A DNA stretch of 29,754 bases, from positions 1-29,754 of the IMG/VR virus record IMGVR_UViG_3300020043_004397. One strand, given 5' to 3'. The position numbers and the translations under genes are program-made. The notes beneath the pieces were generated by a model, which saw only the letters and a program-made list of their open reading frames with translations, searched no databases and was not told the DNA's origin. Positions 18,559 through 26,932 of this stretch are shown one piece after another (within the stretch, counting starts at the first letter, position 1; every line of letters starts with the position of its first letter). The DNA is from a virus (Duplodnaviria > Caudoviricetes).

Positions 18559-18779
18559 TGGAACCGCAAGAACAAGTTCCCATCTGGGCGCAAGAACTAA
18601 TTAGAGAAGTCACCATTCTTAATGAGCGACTGCCAAATCACATCACATGGACCGAACGCAACGTCCTAGACCATGAAAAGCGTATTCGTGTGCTGGAGCA
18701 GTTCCGTTGGATGATGGTTGGCATTGCTTCCGTGTCAGGTTTGGTCGGTGCCTTGCTTGGTAAAGTTTTCAATGTTTAA
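18558..18779 (+). CDS. Coiled-coil protein with C-terminal transmembrane helix (lysis-cassette associated)
   Basis: DHEKRIRVLEQFRW followed by hydrophobic helix. Confidence 0.7.
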   Translation: MEPQEQVPIWAQELIREVTILNERLPNHITWTERNVLDHEKRIRVLEQFRWMMVGIASVSGLVGALLGKVFNV

Positions 18780-18798
18780 TAAAAAGTAGAATTGTTAC

Positions 18799-19368
18799 AT
18801 GAGCAATTGGCGTTTACCTTTCCCTGTCGTGTTTGAACCGTTCGGGTCTATTACTGCTGCTCGCAAAGCTATGGGTTTGGGACCTCACCGTGGTTGCGAC
18901 TACAACGGTCTGGACCCTAAGACCAGAAAGCCTGTTTACAAGTTCGGCAAGGGAACACCGCTGCCAGCAATTGCAGATGGCAAAATCAGTCAGAACTATT
19001 GGTCTGACGGTTTGGGTTGGGTTGTTGAACTTGCTGTTCGAGATGTGAGTGCTGGCAAAACACGCACCCTGTTCTTTATGTATTGCCACCTTGACAAGCA
19101 GAGTCCTTTGAAGGTTGGGACCGTGGTTAAGTCTGGTGCTTCTGTTGGTGGTGCTGGAACTTCGGGAAAGTATAGTTCGGGTGTTCACTTGCACTTCACA
19201 CTCTCAAACACTTCTAAGGGTGGTGCGGTTGGTAAGGTTTACGACGCACACGCTTTCTTGGAGAAACGTATCGCTGGCGAAGCTAAGAAACGTGCCGCCG
19301 CAGCTAAGAAACCAATCACCGCAACCACTGCGCAGGTTTGCCCAACTTGTAAGCAGGTAATTAAATGA
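18799..19368 (+). CDS. Endolysin, M23 peptidase
   Basis: HRGCD (HxxxD), YCHL, SSGVHLHF (HxH). Confidence 0.9.
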   Translation: MSNWRLPFPVVFEPFGSITAARKAMGLGPHRGCDYNGLDPKTRKPVYKFGKGTPLPAIADGKISQNYWSDGLGWVVELAVRDVSAGKTRTLFFMYCHLDKQSPLKVGTVVKSGASVGGAGTSGKYSSGVHLHFTLSNTSKGGAVGKVYDAHAFLEKRIAGEAKKRAAAAKKPITATTAQVCPTCKQVIK

Positions 19369-19712
19369 AGAACCAAATTGTGAAGTCAATCGTCATCCGC
19401 ACCCTTGGTGTTTTCATGGCGTTCTTTTTGACTGGTGCAGGTATTGGTGCGACCACTCCTGGCGGTTGGGTTTTGGGTGGTCTGATTGCTGTTGGAACGG
19501 TGCTGGGAACGATTGTGACCGTGCTGGGCGTGCTTCTAATCTGGAAAGCGTCGTGGACCCTTGAGGACATTGAAAAGACGTTCAGAGCGGTTGTAGCGCA
19601 ACAGGCTGAAGATAACGAAACCATTAAGGACGCTCTAGAAATTGCCGAAGCAGACTCTTTTGACTTCGGTGACATTGAAGAACTAGATGCTAGTGACGAC
19701 GCATCTGAATAA
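19365..19712 (+). CDS. Putative holin
   Basis: Two hydrophobic helices, acidic tail, overlaps endolysin stop. Confidence 0.65.
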   Translation: MKNQIVKSIVIRTLGVFMAFFLTGAGIGATTPGGWVLGGLIAVGTVLGTIVTVLGVLLIWKASWTLEDIEKTFRAVVAQQAEDNETIKDALEIAEADSFDFGDIEELDASDDASE

Positions 19713-19974
19713 GTTGACGTCGGTGTTCTGGCGTTAGACCACCCCAGATGCCGTAAGGCTCTTTCGCTGCGAGCGCGTAGGACGTGCATTGTTGCATCAC
19801 AGGACAGCGACCGCAAATAGCTGACGCGACCTGAAATTCTAATTGCCGACTGGTCCAGTCTGGGTTGTCTTCAGGGAAGAAGATGTTCGGCACTTGCTCG
19901 CATTCGGCTCCACCGTTTTTGGTGAGTGCTTCGTTCAGTTCAATCATTTTCTTTTCAACGTTGCTCATTGTCAT
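19690..19974 (-). CDS. whiB: WhiB-family Fe-S transcription factor
   Basis: C..FFPE..ICGRCPV..C..YAL..GIWGGLT..RR. Confidence 0.93.
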   Translation of the reverse strand: MTMSNVEKKMIELNEALTKNGGAECEQVPNIFFPEDNPDWTSRQLEFQVASAICGRCPVMQQCTSYALAAKEPYGIWGGLTPEHRRQLIQMRRH

Positions 19975-20027
19975 ACTTCTACCCTATGGTTAGGGTGTTG
20001 ATAAATTCAGCAAGAAAGGGAAAGTAA

Positions 20028-20912
20028 ATGATTAAACAATTGCCTGAGTGTTTCGAACTCAAGGACGCTCAACTTGTGGGCAACTTTGAGAACGGCTCAC
20101 CTGAGTGGCATGAGGCGCGAAAGGGTTCTGTGGGTGGTTCGCAAGTCGGTGCCATTCTTGGTTTGAATCCTTGGCAGTCAGCAATCACCTCGTATTACAA
20201 AGCCATCGGTGAAATACCTGACGACCTCGAACCGTCCATGGCGATGCGTATTGGCACGAAACTTGAGGATGACATTCTTGAGATTTTTGCCGAGGAACAT
20301 CCTGAATACAAAGTGTTCGAAACTGGGACGTGGGCTTCGAAAGCGGAGCCTCGTTTCCACGCCAACCCTGATGCGTTGTTTATGGACGCTGATGAAACTA
20401 TGGGTGTGGTTGAAATCAAATTCAGTCGCGACTACTGGACTGAGGTTCCGAAGCATTACCGTGCGCAGGTCCTTTGGTATTGTCACGTGCTTGGTTTGAA
20501 GAAGGGCATTTTGGTGGCGTTGGCTGGTTCCACATATCAAGAGTTCGTTGTTGAGTATGACGAGTTTGAGGTGCAGTCAATGGTCGCTGGTGTGCGTCGC
20601 TTTCTGAACGCGGTTGATAACAGAACGCAACCTGAGTGGGACGGTTCAAATTCAACTTATGAAACGATGCGTGCAATCAACCCAAACATTGATGCCGATG
20701 CTGAACCTGTCGAACTTGGTGATTTGGGTGCTGATTTGGTTGTTCAGCAGATGAACTTGAAACGCGAAGAGGAGAAGTATCGCGAACTCCAATCGAGGAC
20801 TCTTGCCTTGATGGGGACAGCTAAATTTGGCGCAGTAGCAGGACAGGTTATTGTTCAGCGTCAACAACGAGGAGCGTATGCGCCTCATCTAACATTCAAA
20901 AGGAGTAAATAA
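20028..20912 (+). CDS. YqaJ-like (lambda Exo family) exonuclease
   Basis: EWHEARKGSVGGS, GTKLE, ANPDA, VEIK, HYRAQVLWY. Confidence 0.9.
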   Translation: MIKQLPECFELKDAQLVGNFENGSPEWHEARKGSVGGSQVGAILGLNPWQSAITSYYKAIGEIPDDLEPSMAMRIGTKLEDDILEIFAEEHPEYKVFETGTWASKAEPRFHANPDALFMDADETMGVVEIKFSRDYWTEVPKHYRAQVLWYCHVLGLKKGILVALAGSTYQEFVVEYDEFEVQSMVAGVRRFLNAVDNRTQPEWDGSNSTYETMRAINPNIDADAEPVELGDLGADLVVQQMNLKREEEKYRELQSRTLALMGTAKFGAVAGQVIVQRQQRGAYAPHLTFKRSK

Positions 20913-20914
20913 AA

Positions 20915-21457
20915 ATGGCTAATTTCAATCCGAACGATTACGCAAACGTTGCAGAGCGTATTGCTGCAGTGTATTCAGAGTTCCCTGATGCAAGAATCAT
21001 CACCGAGAACTTGACCACGTTGCAGGACCGTCAGGTTTCTACATGGGTGGTTAAGGCGACCTTGTTTTTGAACTCGGCAGACCAAGCAGCGAATCTTCCA
21101 AAGGCGACAGGTTTGGCTTTTGAGGTTGATGGTGGCAAGGGAGCAAATGCTACGAGCGCACTTGAGAATGCCGAGACGAGCAGCATCGGAAGATGCCTCG
21201 CAATTGCTGGTTGGTCTGGCAATAAGAAAGACGCTCAAAAGTCGTTGGCTTCGCGTGAGGAGATGGCGAAGGTGAGCCGTGGCGTGACCCCGACTGCTCC
21301 TGACTTCATTCATTTGGCTATGGGATTGTTTGATGCTGGTGACGTGAATGGTCTGCGACTTTTGCACGCTGAGGCTGTTAGGCTGAATGCCGCGGCTGAT
21401 GTATTGGAGACGATTAAAGAACGTGGACTCGCGCTCGCAGCAAATTCTGCTGACTAA
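20915..21457 (+). CDS. Putative single-strand annealing protein
   Basis: Adjacent to YqaJ; DYANVAERI, ATGLAFE, ENAETSSIGRCL, ASREEM. Confidence 0.6.
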   Translation: MANFNPNDYANVAERIAAVYSEFPDARIITENLTTLQDRQVSTWVVKATLFLNSADQAANLPKATGLAFEVDGGKGANATSALENAETSSIGRCLAIAGWSGNKKDAQKSLASREEMAKVSRGVTPTAPDFIHLAMGLFDAGDVNGLRLLHAEAVRLNAAADVLETIKERGLALAANSAD

Positions 21458-21608
21458 CATTTTGGAGTTGCAGGAACTTTACGCTGAACTGATGGACACT
21501 CGGTGGGGTGCTAATACGCACTCTGCCGAGGCTGTCCGTTTAGAAATAATTGACCGTTTGGAAAGGTGGGAACGTGGAGAGTTTTACTCCGAGCCAAATC
21601 GTGGCTGA
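21423..21608 (+). CDS. Hypothetical protein
   Basis: GTG start; overlapping operon position. Confidence 0.5.
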   Translation: MDSRSQQILLTNILELQELYAELMDTRWGANTHSAEAVRLEIIDRLERWERGEFYSEPNRG

Positions 21609-21915
21609 ACTTTATCGCATCCAGAGTGAGGCTGCTAAGGGTGTGGGTGCTTTGTATGATGCGGAGTGTAAGTTAGCTGACGCGGAGAACGCGTATGAGC
21701 GTCGGTTGCAGTTGGCTTTTATTAATGCTGCTGGGACGGTTGCTGACCGAACAGCGGTTTCGCGTCTGCAAGCAGCGGATGACCGTTTGGCTGCGGATTT
21801 GGCTAAGGCTGAATACAACAGGGTGCGTGCGAAGATGAAGCAGTTAGAGTTGGCGCAGATGTCTACGCAGACGATTGCTCGGCAGTTAGAAACCGAGTTG
21901 AAGGTGCTGCGATGA
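21574..21915 (+). CDS. Coiled-coil hypothetical protein
   Basis: Ala/Glu-rich heptads; GTG start after GAAAGG; ATGA coupling to next gene. Confidence 0.7.
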   Translation: MESFTPSQIVAELYRIQSEAAKGVGALYDAECKLADAENAYERRLQLAFINAAGTVADRTAVSRLQAADDRLAADLAKAEYNRVRAKMKQLELAQMSTQTIARQLETELKVLR

Positions 21916-22241
21916 ACTTGAAAGAGTTCAGTCGTTATTTGGAACGCGATATTCGCTGTGTTCATTGTGGGACCGAGGGTGATGTTCTCATTCCTCAGCA
22001 TCGTAAGAACCGTGGTTTTGGTGGTTCCAAGGAGCGCAACCGTCCGTCTAATGTTTTGGTGATGTGTTCGGCTTTCAATGGTTTGATTGAAGCGGACGCT
22101 GAGGCTGCTGCTTTGGCACGCAAGTATGGTTGGAAGTTGGAGTCGTGGGAGGACCCAGAGGACGTGCCATTTTTTGCTGAGGGCAAGTGGTGGTTTGTGG
22201 ATAATTTGTATGGTCGGTTTGCTGCGATTAATTGGGATTAA
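21912..22241 (+). CDS. HNH endonuclease-like protein
   Basis: RDIRCVHCG, QHRKNRGFGGS, SNVLVMCSAFN. Confidence 0.8.
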   Translation: MNLKEFSRYLERDIRCVHCGTEGDVLIPQHRKNRGFGGSKERNRPSNVLVMCSAFNGLIEADAEAAALARKYGWKLESWEDPEDVPFFAEGKWWFVDNLYGRFAAINWD

Positions 22242-22266
22242 TCTTTTTTGACTATTTTTGGTTTTT

Positions 22267-22321
22267 TTGACATCTTCTTGTAAAAAGATGCTAACTTGTT
22301 CATGTAGCCAGAGCGGCTGCA
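22267..22321 (+). promoter_or_regulatory. Promoter plus 5' hairpin
   Basis: TTGACA-19 nt-TAACTT with TG extension; hairpin TGTAGCC-AGAGC-GGCTGCA. Confidence 0.7.
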
Positions 22322-22339
22322 AATGACCAAGGAGTAAAA

Positions 22340-22633
22340 ATGACCACCTACGCAAAAGCACCGAAGTTCCGCGCAGCAGCAAAAGCCGCTGGTATCCAAA
22401 TCAACGCTCAGGACTCATACAGCCTGCACAAGTTGACAATCCGTGAAACATACACAGACGAATTTACAAACGCAATCTGGAACCGCAAAGACGCGACAGG
22501 TTTCGAGTTCTACTCTTTGGACACCGACACAGCTCTAAAATTTCACCTTGCAGGTTTTGAACTAAACAAGATTGAAGTTCCAGCAGAAGCAGGGACTAAG
22601 CGTTTCGCTTACATCTACCGACTAGCCATCTAA
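22340..22633 (+). CDS. Hypothetical (putative early) protein
   Basis: GACCAAGGAG RBS, 97 aa. Confidence 0.8.
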   Translation: MTTYAKAPKFRAAAKAAGIQINAQDSYSLHKLTIRETYTDEFTNAIWNRKDATGFEFYSLDTDTALKFHLAGFELNKIEVPAEAGTKRFAYIYRLAI

Positions 22634-22656
22634 ACCCAAAAGAAAGGACCAAGAAA

Positions 22657-22806
22657 ATGTCAGCAGAAATAACAATCACCACCGATGAAATGAACACCAC
22701 CACGGTTGAGGTGTATTTTCTAGGAGCCAAAATGGACACCTATAAATTGAGCAAGCCAGTGATGGACGCTCTTCGTAAGCACTTCGCTGAAGAGGAGAAA
22801 GCCTAA
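22657..22806 (+). CDS. Small hypothetical protein (49 aa, not in ORF track)
   Basis: MSAEITITTDEMNTTTVEVYFLGAKMDTYKLSKPVMDALRKHFAEEEKA; GAAAGGACC RBS. Confidence 0.7.
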   Translation: MSAEITITTDEMNTTTVEVYFLGAKMDTYKLSKPVMDALRKHFAEEEKA

Positions 22807-23102
22807 TGCCTCACGCACGCAACACTGACCCAATCACGTCACACGAAGCCGCTGCAGGATTAGACCCTGTCAGCCTCACCAAGACCAAGCAAGCGATTTT
22901 GAACCTGCTGGCAGTTCCTATGACCGATGACCAAATTCGTGCCGCGTATGGCGAACTGGTGGCTTTAGGGTTGGCTCCTGCCGCATCTGAATCAGGACTC
23001 AGAACTAGACGGTCTGAACTTCACCAGCACGGATTTATCAAACCAGTGGGCTATGGTCAGTCAGGGTATAAACGTCGAGCCATCATTTGGCAGCAAGTCT
23101 AA
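22806..23102 (+). CDS. Winged-HTH-like DNA-binding protein
   Basis: ARNTDPITSHEAA N-terminus, MTDDQI, SESGLRTRRSEL, AIIW. Confidence 0.65.
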   Translation: MPHARNTDPITSHEAAAGLDPVSLTKTKQAILNLLAVPMTDDQIRAAYGELVALGLAPAASESGLRTRRSELHQHGFIKPVGYGQSGYKRRAIIWQQV

Positions 23103-23112
23103 AGGGGACATT

Positions 23113-23916
23113 TTGAGCATTGAAGTTATGAACGCTGTGTGGCGACACTCAAAAGCGCAGGGACGGCAAAAGTTGGTGTTGCTGGCAATCGCAGACCACC
23201 AAGGTGAGAACGGTGCTTATCCGTCTATCCGTCGGCTGGCTGAAATGACAAACGCGTCGCAGCGTTCGGTGCAACGTGACATTCAAAACTTGGTTGCTAT
23301 TGGTGAGTTGAAAGTGGAGGTGCAGAACGCACCAAGCCACGGTCAATACAAATCAAACCTGTATTGGGTGCAGTTGGCAGGGGTGACAGAATCGTCGTCA
23401 GGGGTGACAGAATCAGCGTCAGGGGTGACAGATTTGACGTCAGGGGTGACAGCAGGTGGCGTCCTAACCCTTAAAGAACCCTTAAAGAAACCTAAAGAAC
23501 ATATGGTCAAAGAGTTTGAGGAATTTTGGAAGCACTATCCTCGCAAGGTTGGAAAGTCTGCCGCAGCTAAGTCGTTCCTAAAAGCCGTCGATGAAATTGA
23601 GGTCGGTGAGTTGTTGGAGCAGGTTGTGAAGTTTGCGCAGGACCCGAATCTGCCACCGCAGCAATACATTCCTCACGCCTCAACATGGTTGAACGAGGGT
23701 CGTTGGAATGACGAACCATATCCTGAACGTCAATTCTCAAAAGAGGAACTGGCAATTAGAAACGCTGCAATTTCTAAGCAGGTGCGTGACTTGGACCGTG
23801 AGGCTACAAAGCGAATCCTTGCTGAACAGGATGAGGCAAGAAAACAAGCAGCACCAATTCCTAAGTGCAGACATGGTAAGAGCATTCTCAGCTGTATGCT
23901 TTGCCTCAAACTGTAG
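23113..23916 (+). CDS. Replication initiator (N-terminal HTH, lambda O-like organisation)
   Basis: TTG start after AGGGGA; KLVLLAIADH..YPSIRRLAEMT..RSVQR; FEEFWKHYPRKVGK; IPHASTWLNEGRWNDE; internal iterons. Confidence 0.85.
   Translation: MSIEVMNAVWRHSKAQGRQKLVLLAIADHQGENGAYPSIRRLAEMTNASQRSVQRDIQNLVAIGELKVEVQNAPSHGQYKSNLYWVQLAGVTESSSGVTESASGVTDLTSGVTAGGVLTLKEPLKKPKEHMVKEFEEFWKHYPRKVGKSAAAKSFLKAVDEIEVGELLEQVVKFAQDPNLPPQQYIPHASTWLNEGRWNDEPYPERQFSKEELAIRNAAISKQVRDLDREATKRILAEQDEARKQAAPIPKCRHGKSILSCMLCLKL
23378..23500 (+). repeat. Iterons / probable replication origin inside initiator gene
   Basis: CAGGGGTGACAG at 23378, 23399, 23420, 23441 (21-bp period), then A-rich AACCCTTAAAG repeats. Confidence 0.8.
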
Positions 23917-23926
23917 ACTTGGATGA

Positions 23927-24199
23927 GTGGATGATAACAAGGTCGTATGCAACCGTTGTGGAGCGTCTTGGGTTGTCAATCAAGCCAAGCGCAACCGCAC
24001 CGACCTCAAATGTTTTTCGTGCCGTATGCGACCGGCTACTTCAATCCAGTATGGCAAGGAGCGTTGTGTGCCTTGGCAAGGGGACTTTGACCGTGAGGAC
24101 AATCCGATGCTGAACGGTGAACCGTTTATGCCTGGGGTTCGAACGTGCGGTCATAGAGATTGCTGCAATGGCAATCACCTAACTTTGTCAGCCGACTGA
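23927..24199 (+). CDS. Zinc-binding protein with His-Me-finger-like C-terminus
   Basis: CNRC, CFSC, CVPWQGDFD..DNP..CGHRDCCNGNH. Confidence 0.7.
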   Translation: MDDNKVVCNRCGASWVVNQAKRNRTDLKCFSCRMRPATSIQYGKERCVPWQGDFDREDNPMLNGEPFMPGVRTCGHRDCCNGNHLTLSAD

Positions 24200-24234
24200 G
24201 TTAGACTTAAGTATCAACTATGAAAGGGAAGCAA

Positions 24235-24540
24235 ATGGCTTTTATCAACGTGAAACACGCCACCGTGGGAAATGCAAACTCGAAGGGTTTCACTCTCATT
24301 GAGTCTTACAAGGACCGCAACGGTGAAGAGCAGTCAACCTATTACAAGGTGTGGACTTCAGAGCAGCACGACCAAGGTTCAATTGTTGACGTGTCGGGTG
24401 TGGTCACTTTCCGTGTCAGCGAGTATGAGGGCAAGCACCGTGGCGAAATCCACATCAACAACCCTCGCATCTCTGTCCCATCAGCACCAACCCCTGCAGC
24501 AACTCCTGCACCTGCAGCGGCTGAAGACGCACCGTTCTAA
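24235..24540 (+). CDS. ssb: Single-stranded DNA-binding protein
   Basis: OB-fold-like pattern, Pro/Ala linker, C-terminal EDAPF. Confidence 0.8.
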   Translation: MAFINVKHATVGNANSKGFTLIESYKDRNGEEQSTYYKVWTSEQHDQGSIVDVSGVVTFRVSEYEGKHRGEIHINNPRISVPSAPTPAATPAPAAAEDAPF

Positions 24541-24541
24541 A

Positions 24542-24958
24542 GTGAGCCGAAGCGAACTCTCCGTCCTTGTTGAAGGTCGTCCAGCACCTCAAGGTTCTAA
24601 GACACCAACACGTGGCGGAGGGTTTCGCGAAGCATCAAAGTATCTCCCTGCTTGGCGTGCGGCTGTTGAATTAGCTGTGAAGCAAGAGTTCAACAATTCA
24701 CAGGACGCTAGACCGTTCACGGTCCCTGTTGAAATTGATGTGACGTTCTACATTCAGCGTCCTGCAAAACCAAAGTTTGCTTACCCTGCAACACCACCTG
24801 ACGTGGACAAGTTGTTGCGCGGTGTTTTTGATGCGCTGACAAGGTCTGGTGCTTGGGAAGACGACGCGTTAGCGGTCAAAGGTTCTTTCAATTGTTTGTG
24901 GACTGGTGTGGATTCTCATCCTGTGCCAGGCGCATTTATTTGCATCAAAAAAAGATAA
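24542..24958 (+). CDS. rusA: RusA-like Holliday junction resolvase
   Basis: VEGRPAPQGSK, PDVDKLLRGVFDAL, WEDDA. Confidence 0.9.
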   Translation: MSRSELSVLVEGRPAPQGSKTPTRGGGFREASKYLPAWRAAVELAVKQEFNNSQDARPFTVPVEIDVTFYIQRPAKPKFAYPATPPDVDKLLRGVFDALTRSGAWEDDALAVKGSFNCLWTGVDSHPVPGAFICIKKR

Positions 24959-24962
24959 TCTA

Positions 24963-25027
24963 TTTTTACGTTTTTGAACCTGTCTGCGTAAAAAGATGCT
25001 AATTTGGTCTTGTAGCCACACGGCTAC
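24963..25027 (+). promoter_or_regulatory. Promoter with inverted repeat and 5' hairpin
   Basis: TTTTTAC-18 nt-GTAAAAA; GTAAAAAGATGCTAA identical to 22280-22294; hairpin GTAGCC-ACAC-GGCTAC. Confidence 0.65.
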
Positions 25028-25050
25028 CCTAAATGACCCAAGGAGCCAAA

Positions 25051-25311
25051 ATGACCACCACCTACGCAGATGAACTAGGCAAGTGCTACGCCAAGCGTGG
25101 AAGCCTACGCATTCACACAGAGCCAAGCAGCGGAATGCTTGCCGTCTACTCAGTAGCACGCGAGATGCTTTGGGATGCAGAATACAACTACCTCGGTCTT
25201 GGCGACCGACTAGAGGCTGTCCTTATTGGCTACGTTGCAGACATTGACAACGCAGAACACGCCTTTGATGTTGCTGAAGAAGAGCTTCGCGTTTTGGCGG
25301 TGAGTGCATAA
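25051..25311 (+). CDS. Hypothetical (putative early) protein
   Basis: CCAAGGAG RBS; acidic C-terminal half. Confidence 0.75.
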   Translation: MTTTYADELGKCYAKRGSLRIHTEPSSGMLAVYSVAREMLWDAEYNYLGLGDRLEAVLIGYVADIDNAEHAFDVAEEELRVLAVSA

Positions 25312-25490
25312 TGCGCGCATTCGCTTACCTCGCAGCAGCCTCAATCACCGCACTAGCCACCGTGCTACTAATGAACGAAGGCTTCAAAAACAGCCTCAGA
25401 CACGGTTACACCATCGGACTACTCGGTGCGTTCCTAATCGTCATCTTCCTATTCAAAGCAATCGTCAACGCCATCACATCAAAGGACTAA
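25311..25490 (+). CDS. Small two-TM membrane protein (59 aa, not in ORF track)
   Basis: MRAFAYLAAASITALATVLLMNEGFKNSLRHGYTIGLLGAFLIVIFLFKAIVNAITSKD; TAATG coupling. Confidence 0.7.
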   Translation: MRAFAYLAAASITALATVLLMNEGFKNSLRHGYTIGLLGAFLIVIFLFKAIVNAITSKD

Positions 25491-25492
25491 AA

Positions 25493-25675
25493 ATGGGAAC
25501 ACCAATCTACGACCAAGTGACAACCGCATTTAACGACGCAGTCCAATCAGCCGAATGGCGTGGACGTGCAGAACTCCGACGCGACATGATTGCGCTACTC
25601 AAAACATTCAAAAAACCAACCATGGCAGTCAAAACAGCACTCGCCAAACTAGAAGCAGAGGAAGGCAAAAAATGA
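25493..25675 (+). CDS. Small helical hypothetical protein
   Basis: AAAGGAC RBS; MGTPIYDQV... Confidence 0.7.
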   Translation: MGTPIYDQVTTAFNDAVQSAEWRGRAELRRDMIALLKTFKKPTMAVKTALAKLEAEEGKK

Positions 25676-25914
25676 CCGAAGTAATAACAAGCGTCGAACA
25701 CATCAAAGTCGCTCAACTTGAATCGTTGCAGCAAGGAATCAATCTGGGACGCTCTGACGCGTTCAAACTGTGTCGCCAGTTGTTACAGGCTAAACTCAAA
25801 TCTGAACAAGCGGACGCTGACCAAGCAACCGAGCAGGATTGGATTGACTACCACACAGACCGTGCAGAGATTTTGGCTGAAGTTTTGGTCGGATTGGACG
25901 GTTTGAATGTGTAA
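25672..25914 (+). CDS. Small helical hypothetical protein
   Basis: ATGA coupling; MTEVITSVEH... Confidence 0.7.
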   Translation: MTEVITSVEHIKVAQLESLQQGINLGRSDAFKLCRQLLQAKLKSEQADADQATEQDWIDYHTDRAEILAEVLVGLDGLNV

Positions 25915-26074
25915 GTATGACGACTGCAATTTTGAGGTTTTGGCTCGTGGCATTTGCAGCAAGCATTACAACCAAGAGCGTCGGAGTGTTGTTCGCAACG
26001 GTGAAGTTTGGGTTGAGGATGACCGTGATGGGTTGTGGGAGTTTGTTAAAAAGGAGTTGAACTTATGCGCTTAG
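25907..26074 (+). CDS. Small zinc-finger protein (55 aa, not in ORF track)
   Basis: MCKYDDCNFEVLARGICSKHY... Confidence 0.7.
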   Translation: MCKYDDCNFEVLARGICSKHYNQERRSVVRNGEVWVEDDRDGLWEFVKKELNLCA

Positions 26075-26265
26075 AAACGCAAAGGGACACAGAGGTTTAT
26101 GATGCTGGTTTTGCTGAGGGCAAGGAGTATTGGGATGCGAAGTTGATGGACCATGTTGCTGATTTGCTGGTGAGGAAGGTTCAAGAGTTGAAGTCTGTTG
26201 GTGACGACCGTTGGAATGGGTATGCGGATGCGTTGGCTTACTTGTTGGAGGTGGAGTCGAAGTGA
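26065..26265 (+). CDS. Small hypothetical protein
   Basis: AAGGAG RBS; YDAGFAEG motif. Confidence 0.7.
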   Translation: MRLETQRDTEVYDAGFAEGKEYWDAKLMDHVADLLVRKVQELKSVGDDRWNGYADALAYLLEVESK

Positions 26266-26417
26266 TGGTTCGGTCTGCTGAGTTTATTGCTGGGGTGCGT
26301 GAGGGGCGTAAGTCTGAGCGTGAACGCATCATTCATTTGCTGGCAAGAATTTATCCAAATGTTGATTGGGATTTGACACTTCAGCCACATATCAAGGGAG
26401 AGAATAAAAATGACTAA
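26265..26417 (+). CDS. ERERII...IKGENK family small protein 1
   Basis: MVRSAEFIAGVREGRKSERERII...HIKGENKND. Confidence 0.65.
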   Translation: MVRSAEFIAGVREGRKSERERIIHLLARIYPNVDWDLTLQPHIKGENKND

Positions 26418-26589
26418 ACTCACTTACACACGCGATGAAGTTGAAGAGCTAATGCAACTCGAAGCAAAGTTTGAACGTGAACGCATCATTGCATTATGTA
26501 AACAAAGCATCGATGAACATCAAAAGCGTGGGATTGAAGCAGTCCCGTTCCTATCGTTGATTGAACTTATCAAGGGAGAGAACAAGTGA
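26410..26589 (+). CDS. ERERII...IKGENK family small protein 2 (59 aa, not in ORF track)
   Basis: MTKLTYTRDEVEELMQLEAKFERERIIAL...LIELIKGENK. Confidence 0.7.
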   Translation: MTKLTYTRDEVEELMQLEAKFERERIIALCKQSIDEHQKRGIEAVPFLSLIELIKGENK

Positions 26590-26831
26590 GCCAAGCACAA
26601 GAGTTACTAAAAGCACTATCCAAGATTCTTAAGAAGAGTGACAACAGAACAAGCAAACTAACGGATTCTATTGTTGCCGTCTTGGAAATTGAGCGAAAAC
26701 AAGAACAGAACCGCATAGTTCTAATACTTGAGCGACTTATGAAAGAACCAACTAATGACTTGACTTATCGGGTGAATCGTAACGACACACTATGTCAGGC
26801 TATCGCTCTTATCAAGGGAGAGAACAAGTGA
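26586..26831 (+). CDS. ERERII...IKGENK family small protein 3
   Basis: EQNRIV...AIALIKGENK. Confidence 0.7.
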   Translation: MSQAQELLKALSKILKKSDNRTSKLTDSIVAVLEIERKQEQNRIVLILERLMKEPTNDLTYRVNRNDTLCQAIALIKGENK

Positions 26832-26932
26832 ACGGTGCAAATCTAGATAACCGAGAATGGTTTATCGCTGGCGTAGAAACCGCCTCTAAAATTGACCGTC
26901 TTATTGCTCTTATCAATGGAGACGACGAATGA
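26828..26932 (+). CDS. Short member 4 of same family (34 aa)
   Basis: MNGANLDNREWFIAGVETASKIDRLIALINGDDE; GTGA/ATGA coupling. Confidence 0.55.
   Translation: MNGANLDNREWFIAGVETASKIDRLIALINGDDE

Noticed and set aside
2538-22382. Long antisense ORFs (e.g. 2605-3360, 15255-15779, 21612-22382)
   Set aside because: Shadows of well-supported genes, with no RBS or recognisable motifs.
23378-23452. Mini-CRISPR
   Set aside because: Direct 21-bp tandem units without unique spacers; better explained as iterons.
26388-26932. CRISPR-like array
   Set aside because: Spacing is about 100-240 bp and irregular, repeats are protein-coding, no cas genes.
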